The notes under the pieces are model-generated. The model was not told the origin of the DNA and searched no databases. It saw only the letters and a program-made list of their open reading frames with translations. This document shows, one piece after another, positions 1-13,038 of a DNA stretch of 64,000 nucleotides (its first letter is position 1; the number at the start of each line of letters is the position of its first letter). A program made the position numbers and the translations under genes. This stretch comes from Octopus vulgaris (Eukaryota): NCBI GenBank assembly GCA_951406725.2, contig OX597839.1, positions 40,610,001 through 40,674,000 on the forward strand, given 5' to 3'.

Positions 1-61
1 TAAAATTCCAACAAACATTCTACAGAATTTCAAAAATACCTTTCTCAACATTTCAAAATAC

Positions 62-620
62 ATTTCGTCAATGAGGTATCTGATGTATTGAAGGGCATCA
101 GAACATTCAATAACAGAGACCCCATTCTTTGCGCATTTGACTCGGCTAGGGTTGATCAAGTTCCAGCTTGTATCTCAAAACCAGCAAACCAACTGTCTGC
201 TCTCTCACTCTATCCAAAGGCATCTTGTAGTATTCTGTGCAACTTCAATTATGGAAATTATAACTCTCTTCTTTGCTGCACCAGGAACTCCAATCCCAGT
301 CGGAGCTGTCCACAAAAGAACACCCCACAAAATTCTGCCAGCCCCGATTTTTGCACTGCTCTATCAGTTCCTGGTATTTAGCAAGTTCCCTCTCGTAAGC
401 TTCCTCCATGTGTTTCTAGAGTCTCAGGTCTTTGAACATCAGATTCCACTCACCCAGTGTGTCTAACCGTGGTTCATTAATCTCCAGCTTGTCTCCCAAT
501 AGCCGTATACCACTGGTCCGCCCCCACTGTCTCCAAAACCACCTAGTGGCCCTCTCTGCAGCTTGAGTGACGGAACTTATAGCCCTCCTCATTGCTGCGC
601 CGGTTACTCCAACCCAGTCA
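62..620 (-). mobile_element. Two tandem 3' ends of a restriction-like-endonuclease non-LTR retrotransposon (HERO/NeSL-like), degenerate
   Basis: Minus strand gives GVTGAAMRRAISSVTQAAERATRWFW (about 620-535), then again MEEAYERELAKYQELIEQCKNRGW..IGVPGAAKKRVIISIIEVAQNTTRCLW (about 410-210). Both resemble the C-terminus of HERO-type RLE proteins, and each is followed by a similar 3' UTR start (gagacaagctgga / gatacaagctgga). Confidence 0.6.
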
Positions 621-766
621 GAGCTAGACGCAACACAAAAACAAACAGCGATATAAAACCACGAATGCGTATAACGAAAACGTTCAGTGACAGCTGTCAC
701 AATGCTATCAGCAAAATTTCACAAGTAAATCTTATAAAACTAAATTCTTGTATTGTTTTCTAATAT

Positions 767-932
767 TCTTTACTAATCTAGGCACAAGCCCTGTAATTTT
801 GGGGGAGAGGTCCAAGCCGATTAGATCGACCCCAGTACGCAACTGATGCTTAATTTATCCACCCTGAAAGGATGAAAAGCAAAGTCGACCTCGGCAGAAT
901 TTGAACTGAAAACGTAAAGACAGACGAAATGA
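767..932 (-). mobile_element. SINE type D (tRNA-derived, Nin/Deu-like core), 5'-truncated, with TSD
   Basis: Reverse complement of the gaggtcgactttgcttttcatcctttc core. Flanked by direct repeat attgttttctaatatt (752-767 and 933-948). Confidence 0.8.
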
Positions 933-960
933 ATTGTTTTCTAATATTATCGTAGCTTAG

Positions 961-1050
961 AAGGCGACGAGCTGGCAGAATCGATAGCACGCCGGGCAAA
1001 ATGCTTAGTGGTGTTTCGCCTGTCTTTATGTTCTGAGTTCAAATTCTGTG
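961..1050 (+). mobile_element. SINE type D head fragment
   Basis: aaggcgacgagctggcagaatcgatagcacgccggg...gagttcaaattc, with A-box/B-box-like motifs. Confidence 0.7.
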
Positions 1051-1051
1051 A

Positions 1052-1392
1052 CAGACCAGTGTTCCATCCAAAGGTTAGTAGGAAATATATACTCCATAGA
1101 CTCCAGGAAACTGGCTTTATGAGCCTATGGCTTAGGAAGGAACTGTGGAAGCATGTGGCTTAATGGTTAAGGTGTTGTACTCATGATTGTAAGATTGTGG
1201 TTTCGAATCCTGGACCGGGTGACGCGTTGTGTCCTTCAGCAAAACACTTCATTTCGCGTTGCCCCAGTCCATTCAGCTGGCAAAAATGAGTAATCCTGCA
1301 ACAGACCGGTGTTCCGTCTACGTGGGGAATTCAGACACCATGGAGACTGGGAAACCAGCCCTTAGGAGTCGGTATGACACGAGAAGGAAACT
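1052..1392 (+). mobile_element. SINE type C (tRNA head plus Meta-SINE-like tail) at 1145-1392, preceded by an extra tail fragment
   Basis: tggcttaatggtt...ggtttcgaatcc Pol III boxes, ccagtccattcagctggcaaaaatgagta body. Homologous to 30557-30804. Confidence 0.7.
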
Positions 1393-1720
1393 GTACCTTT
1401 GCCATTACCCTCCACCTACATCCAAGCCGTTATGACAACGTTAATCTTCAAAAATAAGAATGCATACAGAAACGCATCCAAATACAAAATATTCGGTGAC
1501 ACCTATCACGGTTATAAAGACAAAATTTGGCAAGTAATTCTAGGAAGTTCTTTTATTGAGATGTTTCATATTATATTCTTCTCTAATTTCATTTCTACCC
1601 TCAAACGGAGAAACGGTGAATGAATATTACAATAAAGAAGAGAGGATCGTTTGATCTCGGAATTGCTGCTTCTCAAGTGCTTACTTTCGTTTTCTAAGAC
1701 ATTTCCAAACACTCATATTC

Positions 1721-1772
<52 letters not shown>

Positions 1773-1961
1773 CTTGCGTATACGGTATTTATATGTAACA
1801 GAGTAAGCGGGTGTATACATATAATGTCTATTATATACGTACTATGTATGTGCATGTATATATACGCATATATGCCTGTATACATATATACATATAACTA
1901 TGTATATATGCATACATATATTTATATTTATGTATATATGTATATAGACACACACAAACAA

Positions 1962-2016
<55 letters not shown>

Positions 2017-2326
2017 TATATATATGTATGTGTGTGTGTGTGTGTGTGTGTGAATATATGTACGTATACATGTGTAAGTATATATACGCATACACAAATA
2101 TATTCATGAATACATATAGATAGACGTATGCACACACAGAAATACACTAATGATGATTGTCAATTTGAAATCAAGCATGACCACCTTCTTATTCATATGA
2201 GGGTATATATGTATGTATATATATACATATATACATACAAGCATACTATATACTTATGTACATATGTATACGTGCATATATACACGTATATGGATGAGTA
2301 TATATATGCATATAAATGTCTATATA

Positions 2327-2367
<41 letters not shown>

Positions 2368-2608
2368 GTCTATATATCGTACATACACACTGTCACGTGG
2401 TTCATTGTGTTCAGGCATTTTATTATTTATCCTAACCATTATATCATCTTACCATTCCATTCATCTCATCACCTTTTACCACTGGCAAACACGGGTATGT
2501 GTGTGTATGCATTCATATATATATATATATATATATATATTTATGTATGTATTTACATGTATATATATATTTATATATATATTCATATATATATGTATAT
2601 GTATATAC

Positions 2609-2789
<181 letters not shown>

Positions 2790-3161
2790 TCAATCACCCC
2801 TTCTGCAGCGACCAGCCACACCCATCCACTTCCAGTTGTATTATTATATTGCCTTGTTAGCTGAATCAGTGATTTTATTCAGAATCTCTTGCACCACCAC
2901 TACCACGTTCACCACCCTCATCCCTCTCCCCATTCCAATTCTCCCATTTTCACTTTCTTATCCTGCTTTTCCTCTCTTATCCTTCTATTATGTCTTACTC
3001 TCTTTCTTTCTCTTCCTCTCCTCCTCTCTCTCTCTCTTCCCCTCTTTCCCTTTCTGTTTCTCAATTTATTGCTTCTATGGAACACTTGTCAACACCAAAT
3101 TACATCCCAAACGTGTATGATGAAAATTCTAACAAAATTTCATATATATACATATATATAT

Positions 3162-3216
<55 letters not shown>

Positions 3217-3228
3217 CATACATACATA

Positions 3229-3260
<32 letters not shown>

Positions 3261-3330
3261 CATCCATAAATACATATATAAATACATATATGTGTCTGAG
3301 TGTCTTTCTGTCAATGCATGTATCTATATG

Positions 3331-3377
<47 letters not shown>

Positions 3378-3479
3378 ACATGTATATATTCATATATGAG
3401 TATATATGTGCGTGTGCAGAAATATATGAAACCGACACTTACATATATATAGATACATATATACCTGCATGCATATATG

Positions 3480-3526
<47 letters not shown>

Positions 3527-4103
3527 ATGTGGTGTGTGTGTATGTGTGTGTGCGTGTATGTACGTATGTATGTATGAATGTATATCAAAGAACCCAACAT
3601 TTTGGAATAGTTTTGCTTTGTTTTATTTTTCGCTTTTATTTTTTTTTTTGAGCAAAGATCAATTCTATGATGCTTGATTCCATCGTGGTTTCGACTAACA
3701 AAGAAGTAATTTCGTTTGCTACTTTGTAACAAACGTGTCAGATGAGATGGAGAAGTAGTGAAAAGAGAGGGGGGAGGGAGATATGGGGAGGGAGAGAGAA
3801 GAGAGAGAGAGAGAGACAGAGAGAGAAAGGAAGATGGAGAGGAGGAGAAGGAAAAAACGGGTAGGAGAGGTGCGGAAGGAAGTGGAAGAAAATGGAAGAA
3901 AATATGGGGAATAGTGAGAGAGATTTAGAAAAAGATAGGCTGACAGATAGATAGATAAATAGATAGAGATAGATAGATTGATAGGTAGGTAGAGAGAGAG
4001 AGCGAGAGAGAAAGAGAGAGATATAGACAGATAGATAAATAGAGTGACAGACAAAGATAGGTTGACATGTAGACAGATATATATATATATATATTATAGA
4101 CAT

Positions 4104-4104
<1 letters not shown>

Positions 4105-4159
<55 letters not shown>

Positions 4160-4174
4160 TTAGATAGATAGATT

Positions 4175-4265
<91 letters not shown>
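4105..4265. repeat. (GATA)n/(GACA)n microsatellite
   Basis: Direct reading. Confidence 0.95.
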
Positions 4266-4614
4266 GGAGACAGAGAGAGAAGGCTGTTGGGATACAGAAA
4301 AGTTACAAGAATGCAAGCTTTGCTCTGACAAATTACCCTGCAATATGCCGTATTTGGTTTCAATTTAGTCACGTGACACATCATTAGATTATGAAAACCG
4401 GTGCAAATATACTTAATGTAGTAAGCTGATTGTATTTGTATATAGTCTTGTTTTATTAATTAAAGTTACAGCAGTCGTGAGGAGAAATATTCATTAATTT
4501 CGTAGTTAATTCAATTCACGTAATGAAAGAAAGACAACTCTGAAATCGAATAGGTTTTATAAATTCTATTTAATTTTGGTACAAGACTGGCAATTTAGCT
4601 TGGTAGACCACATT

Positions 4615-4795
4615 AATGCTTAGCAGCATTTCGTTCGTCTTTATGTTCTGTGTTCAAATCCAGCCGAGGTCGATTTTGCTTTTAATCCTTTCGGGGTATC
4701 GATAAAATATGTGCCAACTGAGTACAGGAGTTGATGTCATCGACTTATGTCCTCTCTCAAAGTTGCTGGCCTTGTGTCGAATTTCAAACCAATAC
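4615..4795 (+). mobile_element. SINE type D, diverged
   Basis: gccgaggtcgattttgcttttaatcctttcgggg core. Confidence 0.7.
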
Positions 4796-4821
4796 GTTTT
4801 ATCCAACCACTTGGACAGTGC

Positions 4822-5349
4822 ATATATCCTGGAAACAGCTGTAAAGGTGTACCTATATATCCTGGAAACAGCTGTAAAGATCTACCTATATATCCTAGAA
4901 ACAGCTGTAAAGATCTACCTATATTTCCTAGAAACAGCTGTAAAGATCTACCTATATATCCTGGAAACAGCTGTAAAGATCTACCTATATATCCTAGAAA
5001 CAGCTGTAAAGATCTACCTATATTTCCTAGAAACAGCTGTAAAGATCTACCTATATATCCTGGAAACAGCTGTAAAGATCTACCTATATTTCCTAGAAAC
5101 AGCTGTAAAGATCTATCTATATATCCTGGAAACAGCTGTAAAGATCTACCTATATATCCTAGAAACAGCTGTAAAGATCTATCTATATATCCTGGAAACA
5201 GCTGTAAAGATCTACCTATATATCCTAGAAACAGCTGTAAAGATCTATCTATATATCCTGGAAACAGCTGTAAAGATCTACCTATATATCCTGGAAACAG
5301 CTGTAAAGATCTACCTATATATCCTGGAAACAGCTGTAAAGATCTACAT
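4822..5349 (+). repeat. 33-bp minisatellite, 16 units (atatatcctRgaaacagctgtaaagatctacct)
   Basis: The 11-aa periodicity (ETAVK) recurs 16 times in ORF 4709..5452. Units differ mainly at about 3 recurring positions. Confidence 0.95.
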
Positions 5350-5511
5350 ACACCATCCTATTCATCACTTGAGAGATTTCATGGATTATACCTACCCCTC
5401 TAGGTCAAATGAACACGATACTTCTCTCGACTTCTCTTCTACCCGTCTTTGAGTGTATCAGTCTACGCCGAATAACTATGAACTTTCACTCTCTTGATGT
5501 TCTCTTTTCCT

Positions 5512-5663
5512 GCTGTGCGTAGTGAGAAGCTTGCTTCCCAACCACATGGTTCCGGGTTCAGTCCCACAGCGTGGCACCTTGGGAAAATGTTTTCTACTAT
5601 AGCCTCAGGCCAACCAAAGCTTTGTGAGTGGATTTGGTACGCAGAAACTGAAAGAAGCTCGTC

Positions 5664-5709
<46 letters not shown>

Positions 5710-6018
5710 CATATACATACATACATGCACACACACACACACATACACAGACACATATATATGTATGTATGTATGTATATATATATATATATACATGTGT
5801 GTGTATACATTTGTGTATGTATGTCCGTGTTTCTCCTCCCACCATCGCCTGACAATCAATGTTGATGTGTTGACGTCCCCGTAACTTAGCAGTTCGGCAA
5901 AACACTTCACTAGAATAAGAACTGCTTTACAAAGAAAAAGTCCTGGGGTCAATTTATTCGACTAAATGTGGTGCTCCAGCATGGCCACAATCAAATGACT
6001 GAAACAAATAAAAGAATA
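5512..6018 (+). mobile_element. SINE type A (tRNA-derived, CORE-like, internal TA/TG microsatellite)
   Basis: ccacatggttccgggttcagtccca...ggcaccttggg head, internal (TA)n, and tail ctccagcatggcc..caaatgactgaaacaa. Confidence 0.85.
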
Positions 6019-6444
6019 CCCATTATCTAGATGACTTTGTCACATTCTTGCACACTACTTATACGTGTGTGTGTGTGTGTATTTGTTTGTGCGCGTATGA
6101 GAGTGTGTATATAAATATGTATGTGTATGTATGTTTACAAATATGTGTAACTGTATATATTTATGTATATGTCCATATATGTATGTTTGTATATATGAAT
6201 CACGCATACACAAACACTCACACATATATGTATTGCATGTATGTATGTATGTATGTATGTATGTGTGTGTGTTTGTATGTATTTATGTGTGTGCATATTG
6301 CGTGCATCTGTATGTGTGCCTGTGTGTGTAGGTGTGCGTATGTATGTTACCTCCTCCCCCAAACACGACCACCGGCTTTTGCAATGTCATGATTCGTTGC
6401 CTTGTTAACTGCTGAATCAGCGATTTTCACTCGCAATGTTTACA

Positions 6445-6812
6445 GCACTACCATCATCACCATCACCATCACCATCACCACCACCACCATCACCAATATC
6501 GCCACCACCGCTACAACCACCATATCCACCACCATCACCACCACCACCACCACCACCACCAGCACCACCAGCATCCCCACCACCACTACCAACATCATAA
6601 CTACTACCACGATCACCACCACCACCACCACCACCACCACACCACAACCACCACCGCCACCACCAGCACCACCACCATCGCCGCCGCCACCACCACCACC
6701 GCCACCACCACCATCATCCCCACCACCACTACCAACATCATAACTACTACCACGATCACCACCGCTATCACCATCACCACCACCACTACCACCACCACCA
6801 CCACCGCTACCA
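6445..6812. repeat. (CAC/CAT)n trinucleotide low-complexity tract with an internal duplication
   Basis: catccccaccaccactaccaacatcataactactacca occurs at about 6572 and about 6714. Confidence 0.9.
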
Positions 6813-7226
6813 CTTTCTCTCCAACGCCTCCTTTTTTCTCCTTCCCTCTCTCTCTCTCTCTCTCATTACGGGTGCAATCCAAATTAATTAAAGCGTAATT
6901 AACTCACTACAGTATGTTGACACAAATGTTGCCATTTAATAAAGAGTTCATTCCTCAAATCAAATCCAAATATGGTAAATATTGCCGTGCAGCCATTCCT
7001 TATATCGTGAAGATGCACAGCGCACTATGTAGGGCGTTACACACACGATCTCTGAACTGGGGTTTCGATTCCCGACCTGGTGTGATGTGGTGTGATATTG
7101 TGCAAAACACTTCCTTTCATGCTGCTGCAGTAAACTCAGCTGTAGAAATGCAGTAAAAAAGAAGGGAAAGTAACCCTGTGACGGTCTGGCGTTCCGGCCA
7201 CGTGGCGGTGTTTTCACCTCGGTCAC

Positions 7227-7623
7227 TTATGCTCCCTAGGACCCGGGTTAGAATCGGCCTTATGATACCTGGGGTTCTTAACAGACCTTACTCAGTACAT
7301 AGTATTGGTATGTATGTATGTATTGTATGTATGTATGTATGTATGTATGTATGTATGTATGTATGTATGTATGTATTGTATGTATGTATGTATGTATGTA
7401 TGTATGTATGTATGTATGTATGTATGTATGTATGTATGTATGTCATTATTCAGTTTATTTCAAGTTTTCTTGCCAAGAGAGAAAGAGCCGGTTTCTGACC
7501 TAGATTCAAGGCTCCTTCATTGGAATTTCAGCATCAACATTATGCTCCCTAGGACCCGGGTTAGAATCGGCCTTATGATACCTGGGGTTCTTAACAGACC
7601 TTACTCAGTACATAGTATTGGTA
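7227..7623 (+). repeat. About 84-bp exact direct repeat (7227-7310, 7540-7623), each copy followed by (TATG)n
   Basis: ttatgctccctaggacccgggttagaatcggcc...catagtattggta is read twice. Confidence 0.9.
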
Positions 7624-7649
7624 TGTATGTATGTATGTATGTATGTATG

Positions 7650-7680
<31 letters not shown>

Positions 7681-8410
7681 GCAAGCAAATGTGTGTGCAT
7701 ATGTATGTAGGTATGTATATGTGCAGATTTGTATGTTTTATGTATGTATTCTCATGTATATAGTTGCATATCTAATCATGCTCATATATATTTAACTGAT
7801 AAACTTCTGGAAAGTTTTACAGATGTTTACAGTTCCAGTAATGGACTGGGTCTGTAGTCTTCGAATTAGCTTTCTCCTTTCTAGTTTTAAGAAGCATAAT
7901 TTCTCAAGACTGGTATTTAGGCAGTAAGTCTTTTCCCAGGTCCCCAATAATTACAGGTATAAAACTGAAGTTGTAATCTAGATAGAGTAACTGAAAATTT
8001 CTCAATAGTTCAGCATAGGTGTTCTCTTTTTCACTGATCTTCAGGTTTATGTTAAGATCCACTGGGCAGCTCATTTCCTCAGCTGTGCACAATTCCTTTT
8101 CCCTATCCCAAATCATTATATCAGGTCTGTTGTGCTTACATTTTATTGAGGTCTTCACTGGTACATCCCACCAGTATTCCCTTTTATTATGAGTGGCTAT
8201 GGCTTCTATCATATTGTGTGTTCTTATTTCTTTGTCCTCGGGATTATCCTTCCGACGGATTTCATTATAGAGTGTCCTAGCTACAACGTCATGTTTCAAC
8301 GGTAGATAATACCGTGATGACATATTCGGACAACTGCTTATGATGTGTGTGATATCTTCAATGTGATCTCCATAAAGTCTGCATCGGTTGTCACATTTTA
8401 CAGCATTTCC
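7441..8410 (-). mobile_element. 3' part of an R4/Dong-like RLE non-LTR retrotransposon in (ACAT)n
   Basis: Minus strand reads CRLYGDHIEDITHIISSC (zinc knuckle, second Cys lost), KHDVVAR, HNRPDIMIW, EMSCP, KENTY, PVIIGDLG. The 3' UTR runs into (ACAT)n. Confidence 0.85.
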
Positions 8411-8411
8411 T

Positions 8412-8545
8412 GCAAAACTACCGATAGAATAAGTACTAGGCTTACAAAGAATAAGTCCTGGACTCGATATGCTCGACTAAAGGCTCTGCTCCAGCATGGC
8501 CACAGTCAAATGACTGAAACAAGTAAAGGAGTGAAAGAGTAAAGA
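8412..8545 (+). mobile_element. SINE type A 3' half
   Basis: ccgatagaataagtactaggcttacaaagaataagtcctgg...gactgaaacaagtaaa. Confidence 0.8.
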
Positions 8546-8792
8546 GATCAAACAAACTATTAGATCCGGATCTATAGACCATCCTCCGCAAAAGACTACC
8601 ACCACAAGCCGCTAAAAGATATGCTGTAGCATGGCCGTAGACCAATGGCTGAAACCAATAATCGAAATACATCCGTTAACATTCAAGACGTAAGCAATAG
8701 CAAAATAGAAAGTGTGAGGTGTCGAGCGTCCCCACACCGCCCTCATAACCGTTGTCGCCACCACCTTCATTATTACAATAATCGCCACCGCC

Positions 8793-9180
8793 GTGGAGGC
8801 GCAATGGCCCAGTGGTTAGGGCAGCGGACTCGCGGTCGTAGGATCGCGGTTTCGATTCCCAGACCGGGCGTTGTGAGTGTTTATTGAGCGAAAACACCTG
8901 AAGCTCCACGAGGCTCCGGCAGGGGACGGTGGTGATCCCTGCTGTACTCTTTCACCACAACTTTCTCTCACTCTTACTTCCTGTTTCTGTTGTACCTGTA
9001 TTTCAAAGGGCCGGCCTTGTCACTCTCTGTGTCACGCTGAATATCCCCGAAGAACTACGTTAAGGGTACACGTGTCTGTGGAGTGCTCAGCCACTTACAC
9101 GTTAATTTCACGAGCAGGCTGTTCCGTTGATTCGGATCAACCGGAACCCTCATCGTCGTAACCGACGGAGTGCTTCCACA
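8793..9180 (+). mobile_element. SINE type B (tRNA-Arg-like head) with tail 1
   Basis: ggcgcaatggcccagtggttagggcagcggactcgcgg...ggtttcgattcc. Same head at 38980, 46381 and 60003. Confidence 0.85.
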
Positions 9181-9800
9181 CATTATTAAAATAATCACCA
9201 CCGCCACCATTACCGCCAGGATGGCTGGATTGTGTAGGAAGAAAGTTCGACGTTGATTAGTAATAATAATGGTGGAACTGTTCCTATGGTTGGATGCGGT
9301 TCTATGCATTGTCATTGTTCGTATCTCTTCGAACGAGGCTCAAAAACAAAATCGTTAACTCATAATCCTTCCCTAAACAAAATATATTAGACATTCAGAC
9401 TGCTTGGACAAGCGCTGGATCTACCTCCACCTTTCTCTCTCTCTCTCTCTCTCTTTCTTTTTATCTCTCTCCCTCTTTCTCGCTCCTGTTAATATATACA
9501 CACATACATAGTCGTATACGAGGATGTTGTAAATATATACTGTGTGTGTACGTATAATATGATATATATATATACATAAAGAGAGAGATACAGATATATA
9601 GATATATGTGTGTGTATATATATGGATAGATAGATAGATAGATAGATAGATACACATACACATATATATATATGTATATATATATGTATCTATGTATGAA
9701 TGTATTTATTTATTTATTGATCCCTGTTAACGATTGTGTATGCATTTATATATGGAACATAGTTTACACTGTCTGTGAATGTGTGTGTATGTGTGTAATG

Positions 9801-9873
<73 letters not shown>

Positions 9874-9997
9874 CATATATTTATACATATATATACATAC
9901 ATACATATATATATATACATACTTATATTTATACATAGATATATATATACTCATATATGTTATATAAATACATACATAGTCACACACACACACACAT

Positions 9998-10039
<42 letters not shown>

Positions 10040-10247
10040 CATACATACAGATATAAACTCGCATTTTCTAATAACTCTCATATATATTAATTTCAGTAAC
10101 ATTTTTGTCTTCTAGTTTTGTTATAGAGAAGAGTAAAGCGGATGAGAATGTATACAGACACACACACGTTGTGTGCGTATGTATGTATGTATGTATGTAT
10201 GTATGTATGTATGTATGTATGTATGTATGTATGTATGTATGTATGTA

Positions 10248-10297
<50 letters not shown>

Positions 10298-11069
10298 CAG
10301 TCCATGCCCGGCACTAGCTTTTATATTCTTCCTGCGTCAAAAGAAATATGTCTCGACTTTCCACGGCTGCTACAAGACGAGACTATTTAACCTTTAAACG
10401 AAAGCAACTTATTTTGTTTTGTTTTGCAATTTATCCTTTAGAAACGGCTGAAACATAATTTAGATACGTTGTCAGAATACTAATAAAGTTTACTCAGTCG
10501 AGGCGATCAGGGTGCCGATATGTCTGGGGGTAGACAACCTTTTCAGTACCAGGGGCAAATTACAAGTTTCTGAGAACTTTATTGCAAAAACAAACAAAAA
10601 AAGAAATACGTAAGGATACTTTGAATTTAAAAATTTACAGGCATCGCTATTTCGGTTTTATCACATATATATGTGAGTGCTTGTTTATGTAATATACAAT
10701 TAATCTTTATACTCTCCAACTCCGTTGACTATTCTTTAATACATCAGGCTGTTTGTGAAAAATGGAGACATAAAAATCGTGAAACGTGGCCCGAACATTT
10801 TCTCTTTTATCTTTTATCGTTTACAATCCTGGGCACCGTCTTGGAGAAGTTTTTAGTCAAATGAATCGACCCCAAGCACACACACACACACATACATACT
10901 ACGGTTTTCTTTCTGTTTCCGTCAGCCAAATCCACTAACTATGTATATGTGTATGTGTGAGTGTGAGAGAGAGAAAATAAGTTCAAGTAGAACAATTCAA
11001 ACATTTTATTTGGGTGGGGAGGTTCCCAAAAAATATTTTTAATAAATATTCTTCATATCGTAAACTCCT

Positions 11070-11760
11070 CAGTTTCTATCCCAGTCGGTCATCCCGGTTT
11101 TCAAACAGGGAAACAGATCCCTCGCAGTCAACTATCGCCCAATCTCACTCACCTCCCACATCATTAAAGTGTTTGAAAGGATAGCTGACTTCCTGGAAAC
11201 CCACAAACTCCTAAATGCAAATCAGCATGGCTTTCGCTGTGGCAGGGACTGTCTAACACAGCTCTGACACCACATTGAAGACGTACTCAAAGCCTTGGGA
11301 ACAGGTTCGAACTCTGATGTCATATATCTTGATTTCAGTAAAGCGTTCGACAAGGTAGAACATAATATCCTACTCTCAAAATTGGCAAATGTTGGAATCC
11401 GTGGAAAAGTTCTACACTGGATTAAGTATTTCCTGGCGAATAGAACACAACATGTTGTAGTTGATGGAGTCCACTCAAGTCCAGCAAAAGTCACCAGCGG
11501 TGTACCCCAGGGGACTGTCTTGGGTCCGCTACTCTTCATACTTTACATAAACGACCTTTCCAGTGTCGTACATTACTGCAAAGTGAAAATATTTGCTGAT
11601 GACACTAAGCTCCAGCAAATCGTCAATGAAGAAGCAGACAGAACTCAACTCCAGTCTGATCTATATGCTGTGAGTCAATGGGCAGACAGAAACAAAATGC
11701 AACTGAACGAGGGAAAATTTGAGCTGATGCATTTTGGAAGAAATTCCTCACTAAAATTTT
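11070..11760 (+). pseudogene. CR1/L2-group LINE reverse transcriptase fragment
   Basis: NYRPISLTS, NQHGF, YLDFSKAFDKV, SGVPQGTVLGPLLF and IFADDTK motifs, with an in-frame TGA near 11265. Confidence 0.92.
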
Positions 11761-12283
11761 GAGTTATGTTATTGTTTAGCATTTATTCCTACCAGTACAA
11801 CTTTGTAAACAAACCTGCAAGTGCTTCTCTTTTGCTAATTAGACAGACACAAGGTGTGACAGTATTTTCATTGCTTTTCGCATTATTGGATTTAATTCTT
11901 TAGCTTTGATAATATAAAGGTCAAAATTAAGAAAGTCAAGTATTTGAGCCCTTAGTATTTGTCAGTTTCTTTTCTCATCAACGTAGGTGGTAAATTCAGG
12001 CTGGCTCTACCTTTACCTGTTGCTAGGGTAATTCCTGTTTTCATTTGTAAGGTTGGAGTTAACAGTCAAGCATGTCATGGTTTTGTTAGTATAGAAAATC
12101 GTTCCTCTTTTACTTTAATGTTCAAAAATGTATCTGACTAAGGTTTATATTTTTATATGTTTCTCTCTATGGAAATTGTTCTTTGGGAAATATGTTTAGT
12201 ATGTGGGATGTTAAACTTCCTGTTTTGTGATGGTAGAGTTTATTTGCTGTGCGTTTATGAAATTTATTCACATTTATTCTACA

Positions 12284-12679
12284 CTAGCAGTATCGCCCGG
12301 CGTTGCTCGGGTTTGTAAGAGAAATAACTATATAAGCATTTTTAGAGAGTTATAGCCAAAAAATAGCAAAAAATGCATCAAAAATGGAAAAATATGATGG
12401 TAAATTGTTTTTAAAATCGTTGACTCATCGTAGACATTTTTAGAGAGTTACTTCCCTTATATAATAGCGAAAAATGCATTAAAATGGAAAAAAATGATGG
12501 TAATTTTTTTTTTTTAATCGTAGACTCATCGTAGACGCGCGCTAATACCCAGAAGGGCTCGATATGAATCACGACTATAAGATACCCGGTTTTGGTTAAA
12601 CTGCACCGCAAAATGTGGGAGTAGTTAGGAATCTAAATCGTAGGAGACAGACACACAACTTGACTTTTATATATAAAGA
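12284..12679 (-). mobile_element. Non-autonomous Helitron, copy 1
   Basis: Minus strand begins TC and ends CTAG, with a subterminal hairpin cccg-agcaacgc-cggg. Inserted between A and T, no TSD. Confidence 0.88.
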
Positions 12680-12825
12680 TATGTGATATAGAAGGATAGA
12701 AGGTGTGTATACATTCATGTATCAAGATGATACATTCTTTTATTTTTATAAAAAGTATAAAACGGATCCTTCATTTTGTTTGCATACAATTATATACTTT
12801 CTGTGTGCCTGCAGGTTGATGTAGT

Positions 12826-13038
12826 TACGTTAGCACGCCGGGCGAAATGCGCAGCCGTATTTCGTCTGCCGTTACGTTCTGAGTTCAAATTCCGCCGAGG
12901 TCGACTTTGCCTTTCATCCTTTCGGGGTCGATAAATTAAGTACCAGTTACGCACTGGGGTCGATATAATCGACTTGATCCGTTTGTCTGTACTTGTTTGT
13001 CCCATCTATGTTTAGCCCTTTGTGGGTAATAAAGAAAT
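12826..13038 (+). mobile_element. SINE type D
   Basis: gttctgagttcaaattccgccgaggtcgactttgcctttcatcctttcggggtcg...taataaagaaata. Confidence 0.85.

Noticed and set aside
685-715. Hammerhead-like string ctgatagcattgtgacagctgtc on the minus strand
   Set aside because: It has neither CUGANGA nor GAAA; only the palindrome is shared.
3700-3745. Minus-strand CTGACAC-hairpin-GAAA
   Set aside because: The core is mismatched and there is no convincing stem I or III.
4709-5452. 247-aa and 218-aa repeat-protein ORFs, or a CRISPR array
   Set aside because: They arise from a stop-free 33-bp minisatellite. There are no unique spacers or cas genes, and the context is eukaryotic.
8797-8870. Functional tRNA-Arg gene (also at 38980, 46381, 60003)
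   Set aside because: There is no proper acceptor stem, and the sequence continues into a shared SINE body.
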